The notes below the pieces were generated by a model, which was not told the DNA's origin, did not search any database, and was given only the letters and a program-made list of their open reading frames with translations. From the NCBI GenBank assembly GCA_000934665.2, contig KZ538447.1:1-64000 (forward strand): a stretch of DNA of 64,000 nt, written 5' to 3'. A program made the position numbers and the translations under genes. The DNA is from Catajapyx aquilonaris. Taxonomy: Eukaryota. Positions 25,201 to 40,200 of this stretch are shown piece by piece (positions within the stretch are counted from its first letter, which is position 1; each line of letters opens with the position of its first letter).

Positions 25201-28200
25201 CAATTGAAAATCAATCCGTACTCGACAGTCCAAGACAGGGGCTGGAAGTGCGCCAGCACCGTTCGTTATGCAATACTTCTCTCGATATCCTTTAGTCCGA
25301 ATAAAATACCCCCTCTCTTCTTCCTAAAATACGTGCAATTTTTCTTCGACAAACTATATCCGATTGCGTTCTCTATTTTTAATAAAACGAATACTTTGTC
25401 ATCGATTACAGCTGGTTTTGGGCGTTCTTTATGAATAATTTCCCAGAGTAGTTTCAAAACTGGCAGGCGGCCCGAAAAAGCCTCGGAGCCCTGCATTATG
25501 CTTAGTGCCTTTATTTTCCCACTGAATCTCTCATAACATATTGCTTTGTTTTGATCGTCAGAGACTTAGCTCTGTCTATAATTGGAAATGTTTGCGGTAG
25601 ACTAGCATCACACACTTTCCATCACTCAGAGGACACCATCCTCCTATAGCCATGAACCATGACTGGCTGTGATGTGCTATACATGGTACTATCAAAATTA
25701 CATGAAATAACAATGCCTTAGCAATGTAAAAATATCGACTTTCAGAACAAAGGGTTTTTAAAAATATTCTTGTTTTCAAGAGGATCACTTTGGCTAATAT
25801 GTTGCAATACTTTCTAAATATCTGCATAGTACAGCCTTCCTTAGTTTAATTATGAGACTTTAAACCCTGCTTGAGTTGATTATTGGGCTGAATACCAGCG
25901 AAAAGGGAAGTGGAATGCTGATAATTTATAGAGAGTGACCTCTCAGTGGACCAATATTGTCATGCCTAAATTGAATGGGATAGCTATGTAAACGCAAGGG
26001 CAATTGGCTGATGTAATGGCGCTCAAGGGAGCCATCAGCAAATGGCCGAGGTTTGCCCAATATTGCACAGGGGTGGGGGAGAAAAGCACTTTGGAATGGA
26101 ATATTTACTTGGGGAGCAGGGCTTCAATGTTGGCCAGAGCCCTCCATGCTGGCGTCACAAATCGTGCTAAAAATTAGTTCGAATTAGTTAAAAATGACTC
26201 CTCGACATCGGCCACGGGATGTTCGCATGAAGACTTGAATAATCGCCAGGCTCCATCATGATTCATAACGTGTTGAACGTGGTCATCATCGCCGGGTAAT
26301 TAGCATGAAGGAGCGGCTGCCGAGTGATACATTGTTGTTTACTCGGCATCTTTGCCGCAAAAATTTATGAGGCGGAACGAAGCTTATTCAAATAATCCGC
26401 TCGTTACAACTTCTCAGCGGACTCGATACCGGCGCATTCATTATGCTAGGCAGAGATGTCCCGGTTTGGCTCAGTAATGAACACCTGGCATGGGGGGCAT
26501 TATCCACACGTGTCATGCACCTCCTCACTCTCTCACACATACACGTACTCCCATCCCGCTTCAACCCAGCTGTTCATCCCCGTCATTTCCTCGGGCTTAG
26601 AAATTATATCCTGGACTTCAGGCAACTTTTGGACTCCAACTATGAGGCAGGTTGCCTGACAGAAAGGAAAAGTTTTGGCCTGTGAGGAGCGACTCTCTCC
26701 AACTATGGAAGACAATGGTGGTATCCACGATGACCAAAGTGAAGAAGCCTGATCTTGGACGCCAGAGTGCATTTTGTGAGTCAGAACATGGCTTTGAAAG
26801 CAGAGCACGATGCACACGAATGAAGTCTCTGCTAAGCACTGTATGGTCATTTTATATTCAGGTGTGCATCTCCTTGTCAGACACCTTTGCATAAATCACT
26901 ACAGTCTGAGATAGAAACCTGGTACCTCATCCAGTACTTCATCATGCATCTATATTTATTAAGGCGATTCCTAGTCACGTCACCAACTTGGCCGCCGGAT
27001 TTATCAGCATCCATCTTTTATGGCCAATCACGACAGAATATTGCTGCCTTTATTAGTTTGGGGAGCGCTGCCCGCAAATGTGATGGCCGTTTATTATCGA
27101 TCACTGCAGTGCATTTAGTCAGTGCTTTTGTAGCGCATAAAATTAGCCAAGTCACCTGACCCCTTTCTTGACTCTAATCTCGGGGATTAGTTTCGCGCCT
27201 TTATTCCGCCTCCCTGTTCATCAAAAAGAGAGACGCATGTGCGTATGGGGTTAGTCACGCCATTTATAGGGAGAGGGGACACACGGGGAGTCCACTAATG
27301 GCAGTCACGTGAATGGGGAGACGGCATGGTCGAGTGGTTGTGCCAATGCAGTGCAAGGGGTCCATCCCGGCATCTTCGAGCTGTGGGAACTTTTTCTGAT
27401 GTACCCGGAGAAGCTGTGAATATTGTGACAGACTCTCTGTATTGCTTTGTGTGGGCGTCTATTACACTCTTCACAACTGTCGTAATGATCAAATATTTAC
27501 CATACATTTATGTGAAATCTTAATTCATGAATTGCATTTATGACTAATAATTAAAACTGAGCTTTACCTGGACAAGAAGAGAAGTTATCAAAAATGTTCC
27601 AAGATCTGTTGCAATGATGAACAAGGCGAGTGTCAGATCCACCGAACAAAACATGAAACACGGCAGATTCCACTGTTCACTTTCACTTTCGCTGCAAATA
27701 TCAACAGTCGTGGAAATATCGACTCGTAATAGGTATGCATTATTTAATTACCACCTGAAAGTGCCGTAGTCTCGGGTGTTACACTTACTAATTCCAAGAG
27801 TAATTAATGAGGGCTCCACCACTAACTGTCCTGTGACTGAAACAATTACTGTCGACTGTAATTTGTCCTAATAGAATAAGAGGAGGATTATAATTGGCTT
27901 CCGCGATGAATGACGCTAATTTGCTACTGACCGTACATGTGCAAAATTGGTCGCAGCTCACTGGGCAATCACGTGTGGGAACAGCCTATAAATAATATAG
28001 AGGTCACTATTTTTAAACGTTACCTATTCATTCATCCTGTGGAGGTGAATTATTCTGGACAGAATAAAGCAGTAATAGTATATTTATATATTAAAGGCGC
28101 CCCTATTTAATTTTAATGAGCTGTCTGAGTTGTCAACGAACGCCGCATATTACAGCATAACAAACCAATTTGACACTCCACTGCATGTACGTTAACAGCA

Positions 28201-31200
28201 GATTAAAGCCAATTATTTCTAGGTCCAAATTTTTATGCGACGCAAGCTTTATGGCTCTCTCTTACGTTGTGGGAACAGCAACGTGCTTTCAGAATTGACG
28301 AAGTCTTCCCTAAATAAGCGTGGATGGAGGGAGTAGGGGGTGAATAGGCACCTGGTGAAAGATAAGTACAGGATGGCCATGCACCATCTGGGACCAACAT
28401 ATAGGCGTCATCCGGAAGCCACTGGTCCGGAACCATCGGGGCTTCGTCCCTTCATTCTTGCTTATGGTCTGCTTACCCGACAGTGAGCAAGTGCCTATGT
28501 TTGCATGGCTCTACGCTCTCTTTTTAATAACTATTTTGTCGTACCCACCGCTCGCATTTCCCAGCACCAACTATTTTTTACTGCCGCCTCGTGCTCACCT
28601 GGGGTTTCCACCGAGCATAGCAGGGGCGGATTTTTTTTTTCTTCTTCTTCTCCCTAAAGCCTGCAGCTGCTTTAATATGCTCGTGAGGAATTTCGGGGAT
28701 TCGTGCCCTCCGCTCCCTGCGTGCTTTTCCTGTCGATTTCATATGTGCAGTCCCAACTTGGGAACCGCCATGAAAAAGGATCCAGGCACGACGTTCTCAA
28801 ATTTATTTCCAACCGCCCCCAGTGCAACGCAATGCTTATGATCGCAGGAATGTCCCATAAAATTTTATAGTGACAAGCAGTAAGACAATAACGGGCCAAA
28901 TTTCAGAATGAATAAAAGTTTTGAGCCTTTAACTGCGGCTGCAGTTTTCGTCTCAGCTGCCAGGGAATTTAATGAATAATGATAAATGTATCCATGGAGG
29001 CAGAGGATACCATGACATAATAGGTAGCTCATTTTTTTGATAGTCACCTGTAGTGCACATGGCTGCTGGACATAACAGAGGTTATTGTCTTTGTGTTAGT
29101 ACTCTGCTGGAACTTGCTTTAAGTAGGAAAAACGTAACGAACAAGGTTGTTGTTGTATGGGACACCTGATATGGGCAGGCAGGCAGGCATAAGGCAGGCA
29201 GTATAAGGGTCGCGTGCCATTTGTTTCCTGTGGCAAACGGCGGAACGGTTTCGGCGGTTGGCTGCTTGAAAGGTGGGGGGCATATGCCACACTGGAAGCT
29301 AAACAATCATCCGAATGGATGGACAAGTGTGACGGGCCTGGAAGTCTGCTACATGAGGCCTGTTTACCAGCAGAAGCCGACCTTCCACTCCCCTCTACAC
29401 AGTGTCGAGTTTTAGGAGGTCGAGGGGTGCGAGAAGAACAGCCCCATCGCATTGGAAGTCCCCAGAGCAGCGCACGACAATAATGGGCTTGTTTATTATT
29501 TCTAAATCCCCGTCCATTATAAAGCTAAGAGTTCATAAATATTAATTTGTTTATAAAGTAGGCCATGGGCTACTGCGAGGAGGCTGGAAGTAAACAGATT
29601 TCTATCAATGTCCTAGGAGCATAATAGTGCTGTAGGAATATATTGAAAAGCACTACAGGCCGACATGCCACGTTCATACATTGGCACGTACAGTACAGTG
29701 CACTTCCAGAAGAAGTGACAAATATAACAGCACTGTCAATGCAAGCGCGTAAAAAATCCCTCTTCCAGAAATATAGATCCAACTTACAAGCAATACTTTA
29801 TCATAAAAGTGCCGAAAGTGTATTAAAACCAGGACCTTCAACATGATTAGTGTCGGGAGTAGTCATGGAGACGTGAACTAGGGGGAGTGTTGACGGCATG
29901 AGGTGCCAGGTACGCCTAACAAATCTACCATTGATTTCGGTTCCGGCATGGAGAAAAAACCTGAAATAATCTTGGAAAATAATCAATTCGCCCTTATTAT
30001 TTAGAACCGTGGGCGCGCGTCATGCTGTGCGATAGAATGCGTCAATGAACCATGAATTTTGCCAGGTTATTTAGAAAAAGTCCCTTCCGCCTCTCATAAT
30101 GGCTGATGAATATCCCTTGGGACTATTAGAAGCCTAATAGGAAAGGGAAATGAAAGTAATGAGAAGCATTGGCAGCCCCCACATCTTCCAGACTTGCTGC
30201 CTTCCTCCCTCTCTCCCTCCGGCGCTCACAAAATTCGATCAGATCCCATTCCAGATACTTTGTCGGCCTCCATTCTATGGATTTATGCGCAGAGGCTCTC
30301 TCTTGTTAGCGGCGGATTTCTCTGGGGACGTTGGGAGAAAAGAAAATTAGACCTAGGCCAAGACCATCCCTCGACGGCCTCATTACTCGCCCTGCTAACA
30401 AATCTAGTTGGGCGGAAGTGAAACGTTTCCTTCTTTCTTTCTCCTTCCATCCTCTTCTTCTTCTTCTTATTTTCTATCTCCAGGAGGCGCGAAGGGAGAG
30501 GTCACTGAATTGGCTTTGGCCCGCATCCAAACTGTAATCACCTTTGTGACCTTGTGAGCCAAAGGTGATGTTTTCCAACCAAAACAAATGAATATGAAAT
30601 ATCGAGGTTTGCTCTTGTGATCTTCTACAGGTCTTGGACTTTAAGAAATATGATCTTGGAAGGCTCCCTGCCCTGCTCTTCTTAAGTAAATACGTGAGCA
30701 GAGGGCGAAAGCAAACCTTTTCCGTGACCCCCTGCTGTGCAGCTCTTGAAACGTTGGGATAGTCCATGTTCCATTCATGTGCTCCACTATTGTGAAACAC
30801 TTAGGCGACGTACTGTACAGTAACTTTGATGAAGAGGTTCCTTGTCGTCTGTCAGATTTCTATTAATAATCTAGGACGATCTTTATAGTAATTTTAGATC
30901 CCAGTCCGCGTCCATGATTTAGTTATTGGGCCAGGTCTTTCATTCAGATCTCAGTATTGCCAATATTAGAATGTCAGGGTGTACCATGACGTCTCTTGTT
31001 ACGTTTGCGGCGATGTTTAAGCAACGGAGCAAATGTATGGGTCCAATAAGTGATGTATAATTCAGTTACCCAAATATAGGTCCTCAAAAGTCAGGCACGA
31101 AATGGCTTTCATGACAATGTCACGACAAAATTTAGCAAGCGACTTCTAATCATAGACACGAGCGCATAGTGACGGCTTGCAAATAGTTATTAGTTTTCAG

Positions 31201-34200
31201 TTTTACCTCAATCTATAATAACGTCTTACTTTTGTTTAAATATTAAACAACATTTTAAAGTAATTGTACACGATAATCTTCAAATCACGCGACGGCAGTA
31301 CGAATGTGCGTTACATGAAACAATTACATCACAATTGGATTTTCACTCGCTATTCACACGTGAGGAATTCCCATGTTGTGTTGGAAGATACCCAGGAGAC
31401 CCTTCTTGATTTATGGCATCACCTCGACCGAAAGTTGGCATGAGCTATTAATTACCCCTAAATAGATGATGGGGATTAACCATGCCAGCCGGCATTGTTA
31501 CAAGGCTGTGACTGAAACACGGTCACATGCAACATAATCATTGGTCAACTCTCTGGCGTTTAGATACAAAACATTGTAAAATAGGATCAATTTATGAACG
31601 CGTTTTTATGTCGAGTGTCATAATATATATGCTTCCAGTTTTTTGTGTTCAGCCCGGGCGTGTGACAATCAGGTGACAACATTTGGATAGGAACGGTTAT
31701 ATTACAACTGCGCAAAATGCACAGCATGTCAATGGGGCGCCATTTATTATTGTCACCCAGCCAGTGAATCACAAATAAAGGGCCCTGCCACATTCTGCAC
31801 AAAAGAGTTCCTGTGTATATACTCAGTGTACGGATATTTACCACCAAACCCGCTATATCATTCCCTCATCTAATGCTGCTTTAAAGGTTGAATTCAACAA
31901 GCAGTGACACTACGACCCTTGAAACAGACTGACATGCCAGGCAAGTGAATTTGATTTGTAGGGCATCGCCGTCCGTCCTTGTAGTCGGGGATTTCTGTCC
32001 ACCTCAACACTCATTACACGCACTGTCGGACATCCGCTCCCAATCCTTCGTTCTCAAAGGGTGACAACCGGAAGTACATCGGAAATACCTCGCTTAATCC
32101 TTTTGACGTGTCTCTAAAAGCTATATTACCAAGATTTCTGTAAATAAACGCAGGCGTTGGATCAAGACGTCTTTCTGAAGTTTGTTCAAAAGCGTGGCGG
32201 CTCAAACCAGACCACTTTTTTTCCCCCCTCTCCATGTTGATTTTGGCCACATTCCTGACTTGTACTTTGCAAGAGCTTAAATGATATTTATTCTAGGGGC
32301 CAGCCAACTGAAGCTAGCGTAAAGGGAAAGAGAGGGGCTTCAACCCTCCTTCCTCCTCTCTACAGTTTCTCCCTGATTGCCCTCGGCATCAAAATGCTCT
32401 TCTCTGGAGCCGATTAGCGAGGAGTCTTCTGGAACAAGCGAAACCCATCCAAGTGTGGCTGAGGGCTGACAGTCAGACTAGCCTAAGTTTCAAGAGGGGG
32501 CGTCGGTATAATTGATAAAGGATTACGATAGGCAGGAGTGAAGAGCGGTCCTTTTCCTTTTCGCCTGCTCTGGCTCCGGTCCTCAAATTAGATTTGGGCC
32601 GAAGCATAATTTCGAGGTTAAGAAGTTAACGGGCTTTTTTGTGGCCAGGAATATGCGTCTTCCGACTCAGCAAAATATAGGGATTCAAAATATACTGCCA
32701 CTTATTTTTTATGCGAGCATTATACGGCTTAAAGTTAATGCTGGGTGCGTTCCTTTCTTTCCCACATCGACTATTCCAGATTTCATAAATTATTTTCTAC
32801 CGGTCCATCCGCTTATTAGGGCTAGATCTACAAATTCAATTTCATACCATGGCCATATAATGTAAATTTTGTCGTAATGAATGGTTATTAGACAGACTAA
32901 TATTTTCTTACAATGAACTAAATTATGCAAAATTCGTTTTTGAATATAGGGTCTGCACTTACAGTATCAAATTAAAAGTTTCGAGATATCGACTTTACTA
33001 TGGGTTTTACTTAAGTAGAGACTGGTGCAGAAAATTTATAAACTTGTAATTAGCCTTGTCGCAAAATATTCTCGGATACCTTATGTGAACTTTGTACAGT
33101 ATAGTTTCATGATCACTTTGTAATGAATAATTTAACAAAGTGGCTTGCCATTTAAATATTTAATACCGCCTTTTTTTGGAGAGGTGGATTAACTTTTTTA
33201 TGATCCCCTTGAAAAACTGTAGTTGTTGACCAACCAGCCCCACAGTGAAGCGGCTGTGCATTAATAGATTATTTTTTTTTTTGCAATCGATAATGCGACA
33301 TAGTTACAAACTTGTTTCAATGCCGTCGTGCAGGACATGCAATATCGACAGATTTGATAAAAGGGGACCGTGCAAATCGAAGCTTCTATTTTAAAACAAG
33401 AGGGTAATTACGTAAAATGTGAATCCCGTGTTTGGTGATGGTGCAGCTCGGGACCATTGTCGTGAGAGCAACTTTTGCTTGGCCAATCGATTTGGCGGCT
33501 TCGGAGGAAAGAAGTGGAGCGCCAAGGTCATTGCACCAAGCAAGCCCCATTTTTCCACCTCTTCCTCCCAGTCTAGACCCCCGGGCAAGATCATCAACTT
33601 GGCCAATAAACGACCGTCGCCGAAAAACCGACGCCCTCCGCTCTGGATGGCAGCCTCGAGTCGTCTTCATCCGAGCAAACGCGATCCGGAAAACTTTTAG
33701 GCTAATACTGCACAAATGGACACCGATCCCTCATCCATCTGAATCACCCCTTTTACTGCAATCTACCCGCAAGTTCTCTACCCATACCCAACGATCTGAC
33801 AGACACAAATGACCTAGCTGAACGACCCAACTCTGCCGTGATTCATCCTGACCTTTAGGCAACCTAAGAGCCTCTTTTGTTCGTCAGCACCCGTACTTTC
33901 AAGGGGCAGTACACCTCCAGTGGTAACTCGAAGCCCGGTATTTTTAGTCACTTTTTCTGGAAAAATCTCAAGATATCCTTTTAAAACTGGCGTTGACGTG
34001 GCATTATGATTTTAAAAAAAGAGGTGTGTTCATGACATGGGTCCGTTTCAGAGGGCTAATTGCAGGGTGGGACACGTCAAGTGCGCTGGTGAAAATCCTT
34101 TCGTTGCTACGATTAGTGTTCATTGCGGCCCTGAATGCTAAGGCTCTGATTACGCCGAGTCGGGTGCCAAACAAGCGTAGTAATACGAGGGCAGGCTGGG

Positions 34201-37200
34201 AAACTCCAGCAGGGTACGTGCGTTCGTGGGAGTAGTATCGATTTTGCTTGTAGGGAGAGAAAAGCAGACATCACGACAGCTCCCCCCACCCACCCACACC
34301 CCTCTCCAGAACAGTGTAGCCTACTACTATACTGCATAGTAGAAATACGATGGGAAACCGTGCCATACTGTACCGGAAGAAGGGCAAACATGTAAAGAAC
34401 AAGACAAATTTAATTTGGGAAACCGGGTTCCCCAATTCCCTGGACAAGCTTATTTTAAAGGAAAATGTTTTTTTTACCGCCTGCGACAACCTACTGGAAG
34501 GCAATTGGTCCGAGACCAACATATGCCGCGAGTAGGGCCCCGTAAAGATCCCAATCTGTGTTTCAGTGGGGCGCCTAATGGCCTCCCAGCCTCCTCGCAT
34601 ATCTCCCCCAAGGCCCACAAAATCCTTTTATCCTGTCCCACAAGCCGATAGACTCCCCCTCACTTGGGGTTTCTCACCAGGAAATCAATCCCTTTCATCT
34701 CCTCGCTCATAGAAGTACCGGTACATGATACCCCTTCCCTATATACAGTGCCTAACCTATTCCTCCCACGATCAAGTGACTTCTGTCTAATCAACCCTAT
34801 TCAAGGGTTGGCGCAGTGTGCAAAATTCTCCAATTTATCAGCTCTAATATGGATCGGTCGTATACACCAGTGATATTCTATGAAGAGAACTGTAGAATCT
34901 TAAGGATCTCCATAACTGCCAGGTTATGACTTGAAGCACGACTGTACAGCAATGAGATGGATTGCCTGCCATTCCTCCCTTTTATTAACTCAGCCCAAGA
35001 CCGCATATCGACGCAATCAGTTCAGGTCATTATAAATGAACGGGGGCCCTGGTTTACAGCGACTAATAGTCTCCACTTTTGGCAAACGAGCCTTGCGATC
35101 TTTTGACTTGTCGTGCTACAGTTCACATCACCGGCCATACAGTACACGCAGGCCATAGCGTCATACACGGGTGAGGTAATAGTATTGTAACTCCCAAGGC
35201 ATTTCTTCTATTATTCAGTAGTACCCAGAAGTGTGCAAAAATACTCTCATTTATTACTGCTCTATCTCACGAATTCGGCCCTTTGGGAATAGCCTCCCAC
35301 GAGGAAATAAATTACTCACTACTACTACACGTCTATAAACATGACCACTGTTAACACGGCTATATATGCCGGAAGAGTGACATTCCATGCGCGCAAGTGA
35401 CAATGGTACGCATGAAATTTGAATAATTAAAATAAATCTGTACTCGAAGTCAATAAATGAGGGTGAGTTGTCGGGGTGGGGGTGGGGGTAGAAAGACTGA
35501 GGGTGGGGACCACCTCCATCAATTACACTTGACCAGTCCCGCCTACTCCTTCAGCGCTGGCACGATTACAACCCCCATCGCGTGCATGGCCTATCGGAAA
35601 AAGGAGGGGGAATGGATGGATATAAAGGGGACCCAGAAAGACGAGAGTCAAAAGGCCCCATAACATCCCTTTGTGTCCTCCATTTAGCGTGGACTCGTTT
35701 TCATCTTTGCACCATTATTTGTACCCGCCCACTACCAAAGGATGCATCAAAAGCAAGTGTCCTTCGCGTGTGTCCCACCATGTGGATAGTAACCGATAAA
35801 ATGGGGAAAAACGCGATAAAATAATCGTTAGCTCTATATTTATGCAATCCGATGTAACGTCGCTCTATTCATACCACCAGGCATTGTATAATTAAGAGAG
35901 TAGAGCGCGTTCCGTGGCGAAATAGACGTCAGTGGCCGTGACACATCCCATTAATCGATCACTAGACCTTGACATAGGCGACGCCCTGAGTGGGAAATCA
36001 CTTCATACTAGCTACTTGAGACGCACGAAGGAGTCAAATTTGTGTCTGGAGTATTGGTATAGGGGCTAGGAATAGAGTGCATTGACTCCCGGGGTTCTTT
36101 TCCAAAGGGGAAGCGTTGAGTCACATTGGCTGTTCCAATCGCGAGGGGAAGATCGGCAATAGACGCCAAAAAAAGCCGCATGTCAGATTATCGTTACCCA
36201 ACAGACCCTCGGCACCCTTTTGGGCCCAACAATAATGAGTCGCTCGTAGCCGACGCTGAGTAATCATTTCTTGACCCAACTAAAAATCCGCGCGTTTTTA
36301 GCCAGAACGTTGTGCAACGGTCCCTGCGGTCACGAGAGGGCAATAAACCCTTTGAAAGAACACCTGCAATGTTAATGCCGTGTTCTGTGCTATAAAGCTA
36401 TTCTGTCGGCAGTGTGTGAGAATAAATTTCAGTATGTCACAACCAGACTTGTGGTGGAATTTCCTTAGGTCATAATTTAGCACACAATTCTGGCATTTGC
36501 AAAAATGTCTACCATATTATTTTGAAACTGTTGCTTGCAATTTCATATAGTAGCCTAATCGTATACCGATACTTTTTATAACTCGAGTACATGTTATTAT
36601 CTGTTCAAATAACGAGTGGTTTGTGAAGCATAGTTAACAAGCACTGCCAGACCTTCGTTTCGGTTATGGTCAGTGATTTTTCCAGAGGGGTTCCTCTTTC
36701 GATTCAATAGTCATCAGTTCGATTACAAAATTGGTCGCTTTGAACTAGCCTATCTGATTGGTGTACAGTACTGTACCATATACCTATTCGATATACTATA
36801 GCCCATCGTTAGTCCAAATGTTTGTAAGTCAAGTCGGCCGTACAAAACACACAAGGATGCACACTCTTTTAAAACCTTTCAACTGCTAGAACACCGATAA
36901 CTATTTGTGCAGAACCATCCTTTGGCAGGAAGCGAGTCTCGAAAACATTTTTATACAGTTCCTCCCGAGCGTGGAAGTCGAGTGGGGAACTCCCGCGAAG
37001 GTAAACAGAAGCCGACAGAAAATCATCACTCCATTCAGCCAACATCAATCTTAAACCTCTCCTCCGAGTTATTTTCCGGGCCATTTTGCGGCATCAAGCT
37101 GCCACAGCTGTCGGAAGAATATCCTCAAGCCTCGTGAAGATTCTTCTCCAGCAGCAGCCTGTACCGATTAATTCCTCAAACCCAATTTATTGGGGCCCCT

Positions 37201-40200
37201 TTTCATCCCGAGAAGCTTCCGCCTAACCTGATTTCCCGTGCCGATCCTCCATAATGCAAGGAATTTCATTTCGTTGCACCCACACTAGAGGCTTACTTTT
37301 CTAATTAAAATATCACGTTGCAACCATTAAGTTATTAATTACGGCCAAACGCGTGGTGCTCCGGGGGTTGAGAAAGACCTGCTTAGAAATTCGCTTTGTG
37401 TATCAAGTTGAGATGAATATTTAACTGCTTGCGGGGGGTAAGGGAACATATTGAAGGGGGGCACCCTCCTTTCCTCTCATCCCTCTGACCCCCTCCCTTC
37501 CCAAGAGCTCACGTCGTTTGTCAAATCTGATTACAATAGGATTTGCATAATTTAGGCTTAGGCTTTACAGGCCCCCAAGCAAACAGTATGAGAACTTGGT
37601 CAATCCGCCGCCCTAGTTCGGGGGGGGGGGGGGGGNGGGGGTTGGGTGCAGCCATTGTTTTCTACGGGATCATTGCTGGCGTGACATTTTTATTCTGGTA
37701 GCTCCTCCCCTTGAATTCGACAGTGGAAACAACGCACTAAAAAAGACCGCGTATAGATCTGATAATGGGTGGCACAATTTCCGGTAGTAAAATGCTGGGC
37801 GAGGAGAATGTCTGTATCGACACCATTCCTCAAAATGGAGATATTTTACGTCAATAGATGTTGTCAGGAAATGTCAGGGTTCAAGGAGCCTAATGGGAGA
37901 CATTATTCGAAGCAGTTCCTGGAGTGTATCGAATGTCAATACGTCAAAACGGGACATATGGTGGCCAACTTTAGCACTTGTATAGGTGAATGAAAATGTC
38001 CAGATACATAATGCATTTCAAGTGCTTGTCATTTATGTTCGACAATTTAAACCGCAGTCATGTAGTTTTTCAGAGTGTCACTGTATTATGTAGATTGTTG
38101 CAACCTTGGATGTCACTTCATCGGATTGATTTTGTTATAGCCTAAGCTCGGAGGAAAGAAGGAAAAAGGGTGGGAAGATAATCAGAAACGGCGAGGCCCA
38201 ATCTATTTTCGGAGATCTGAATGGTGAAGTCGATGGCCAAAGCGATAAGGGTAATCCATTTAAAAAGTAGGGAGAAAATAGCTTCCACCTCCTCCCCGGC
38301 ATGGTTCCAGTCGGGATAAGAGTGTTCGAAATAGAACTCTAGGTGGTTTAATTTATCACATGCTCTATTACTGACAAATAGGTAGAGTAAGGTAAAGTAC
38401 CAGTCTTCGTCTGTACCAATTTGAAAATGAATTGAATATTGTTTTTGCACCCATTTACCATGTGGATAAAAATGCATTCACTTCACAAATCTATATCGTA
38501 CTGTTTGTGGGGGTGATATTTCACAAGGATGTTGTAATTTGGATTGTTGTAGCTTACATGGAAAATATTATCAATATAACAACATCTACGGCAAATTCTG
38601 ATGTTTCCGCCGTTAGCATGCTCTAAAATTCTAAATCGATCGGAGAATAAATTCCCTCTCTGGCATTATTAGACACACTGCCCTAAAATGATGGAAAAAG
38701 TCGTCAAAACCTATACTTCTTTTTGATGATACATATTTTCTTGCGCCGTCATTTTGTAGGGCAACACAGGTTTGGGAATGCGAACAAAAGACAAAATTGA
38801 TCGGATGGAATTTTCAGTGCCTTTTCGTGCTGAACGTGACGTAATGTACGGTATATATCTGCACACGAGAACGTACCCATTGTTTTCCCCTGTTGCGACA
38901 TGAGTGAGCGACTTCAATGCCGGAAGATCATCTCTCCTGATAATTTTATCGCTGATTGCTACACTATTTCCAGTGTTATGACGTCACGTGTCTCTATTGA
39001 CAAGTGAATGAAACATTATTTTATCTTTGAGAAACAATAGGTATCAACTGGTCAGGCCCGCATGATAACGGTATCGAGGTAATATCATAATAACCAAATC
39101 GATATGAATATTGAGAAATCAATAAGTTATGGTTGATATTTTTACACTTTATGAGGGCGGTTTACAAAAAGATTGAAGGTTATAGTGTGATATTTGAACT
39201 ATAATTATTACAGCGCATTCTCCTTCTTTTCAGTGATTGGTGTGGATATGGGTAGGCGAAACAAGCAAGTGGACTTGATCGACGGACTGAATCTCCATAA
39301 CACAACATACCAAGGAGTGACCCTCGTTCCTGGGCTACATACTCTTACGCCTGCACTTTATCTCCAGGGTAAGGTGAACAATTTACCCCACTGCACTGGT
39401 AATAATTATTTTTCTGACAAGAAGTACTCAAAGCTTCAAAATACCGTAACCGCATTGTTCCACGTAAAATTATTGAAAAACTATGCGGGAATGATAGTAA
39501 ATGAAAACATGTTGTGATCATTCATAATCATTGTTCCGCATCAGTTGTTGCCAAAAATAAATGACAAGGGCAAATAAATAATTGCCAGTTACTGCTGACG
39601 ATCATGCAACCGGAGCGTTTCATGCATTATTTTACCCTTACAAATTCCAATTATTCATTGTGGGAATGATTTTCAATGAGGCAGAAAGCTAGGCCCGCTG
39701 CCAAATAGGACAGGTTGCGTACTCTGAATCGATTCCTGTGCAATACTCGGCCAACACGCTGATTAGTTGCAATCCTCTCACCAAAAATGTTCTCAACAGT
39801 AATTGTAATGAAAAAGTTCACATTTTGAACAAGGATAACCTCTGATGAATCTTCGTTGCATTTTTCATGAACGTGCCACATGCATATACTGGTACTTGGT
39901 ACTTTTTAAACTAATATATTGTTCATCTTCCGATCATTTCCAAAAAGGTTCCCAGCACATCCAATTAAAACGTCAGTAGATAATTACGGACTTCACACGA
40001 ATGAATCATTTAAGCATCGCGGATTTCCTTGCAATCTGAAACTTTGTTGAACTACTAAATCCAGGAGACTTTAGTTTCCCATTTGCCTGCCACAAGGAGC
40101 TTTCCGAATGGAACAGACTAACAGGTGTCCAGGAAGACAATACTTTATGCATCCACAAATTTAATCCATAATACATCAAGTTCTCTCTCTCTCTCTCTCC

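Noticed and set aside
17201..34651. ORFs of 100-195 aa in NELL intron 1 (for example 17381, 23131, 23483, 33432) as nested genes
   Set aside because: No domain motifs, overlapping in several frames, and no consistent splice pattern that I could find
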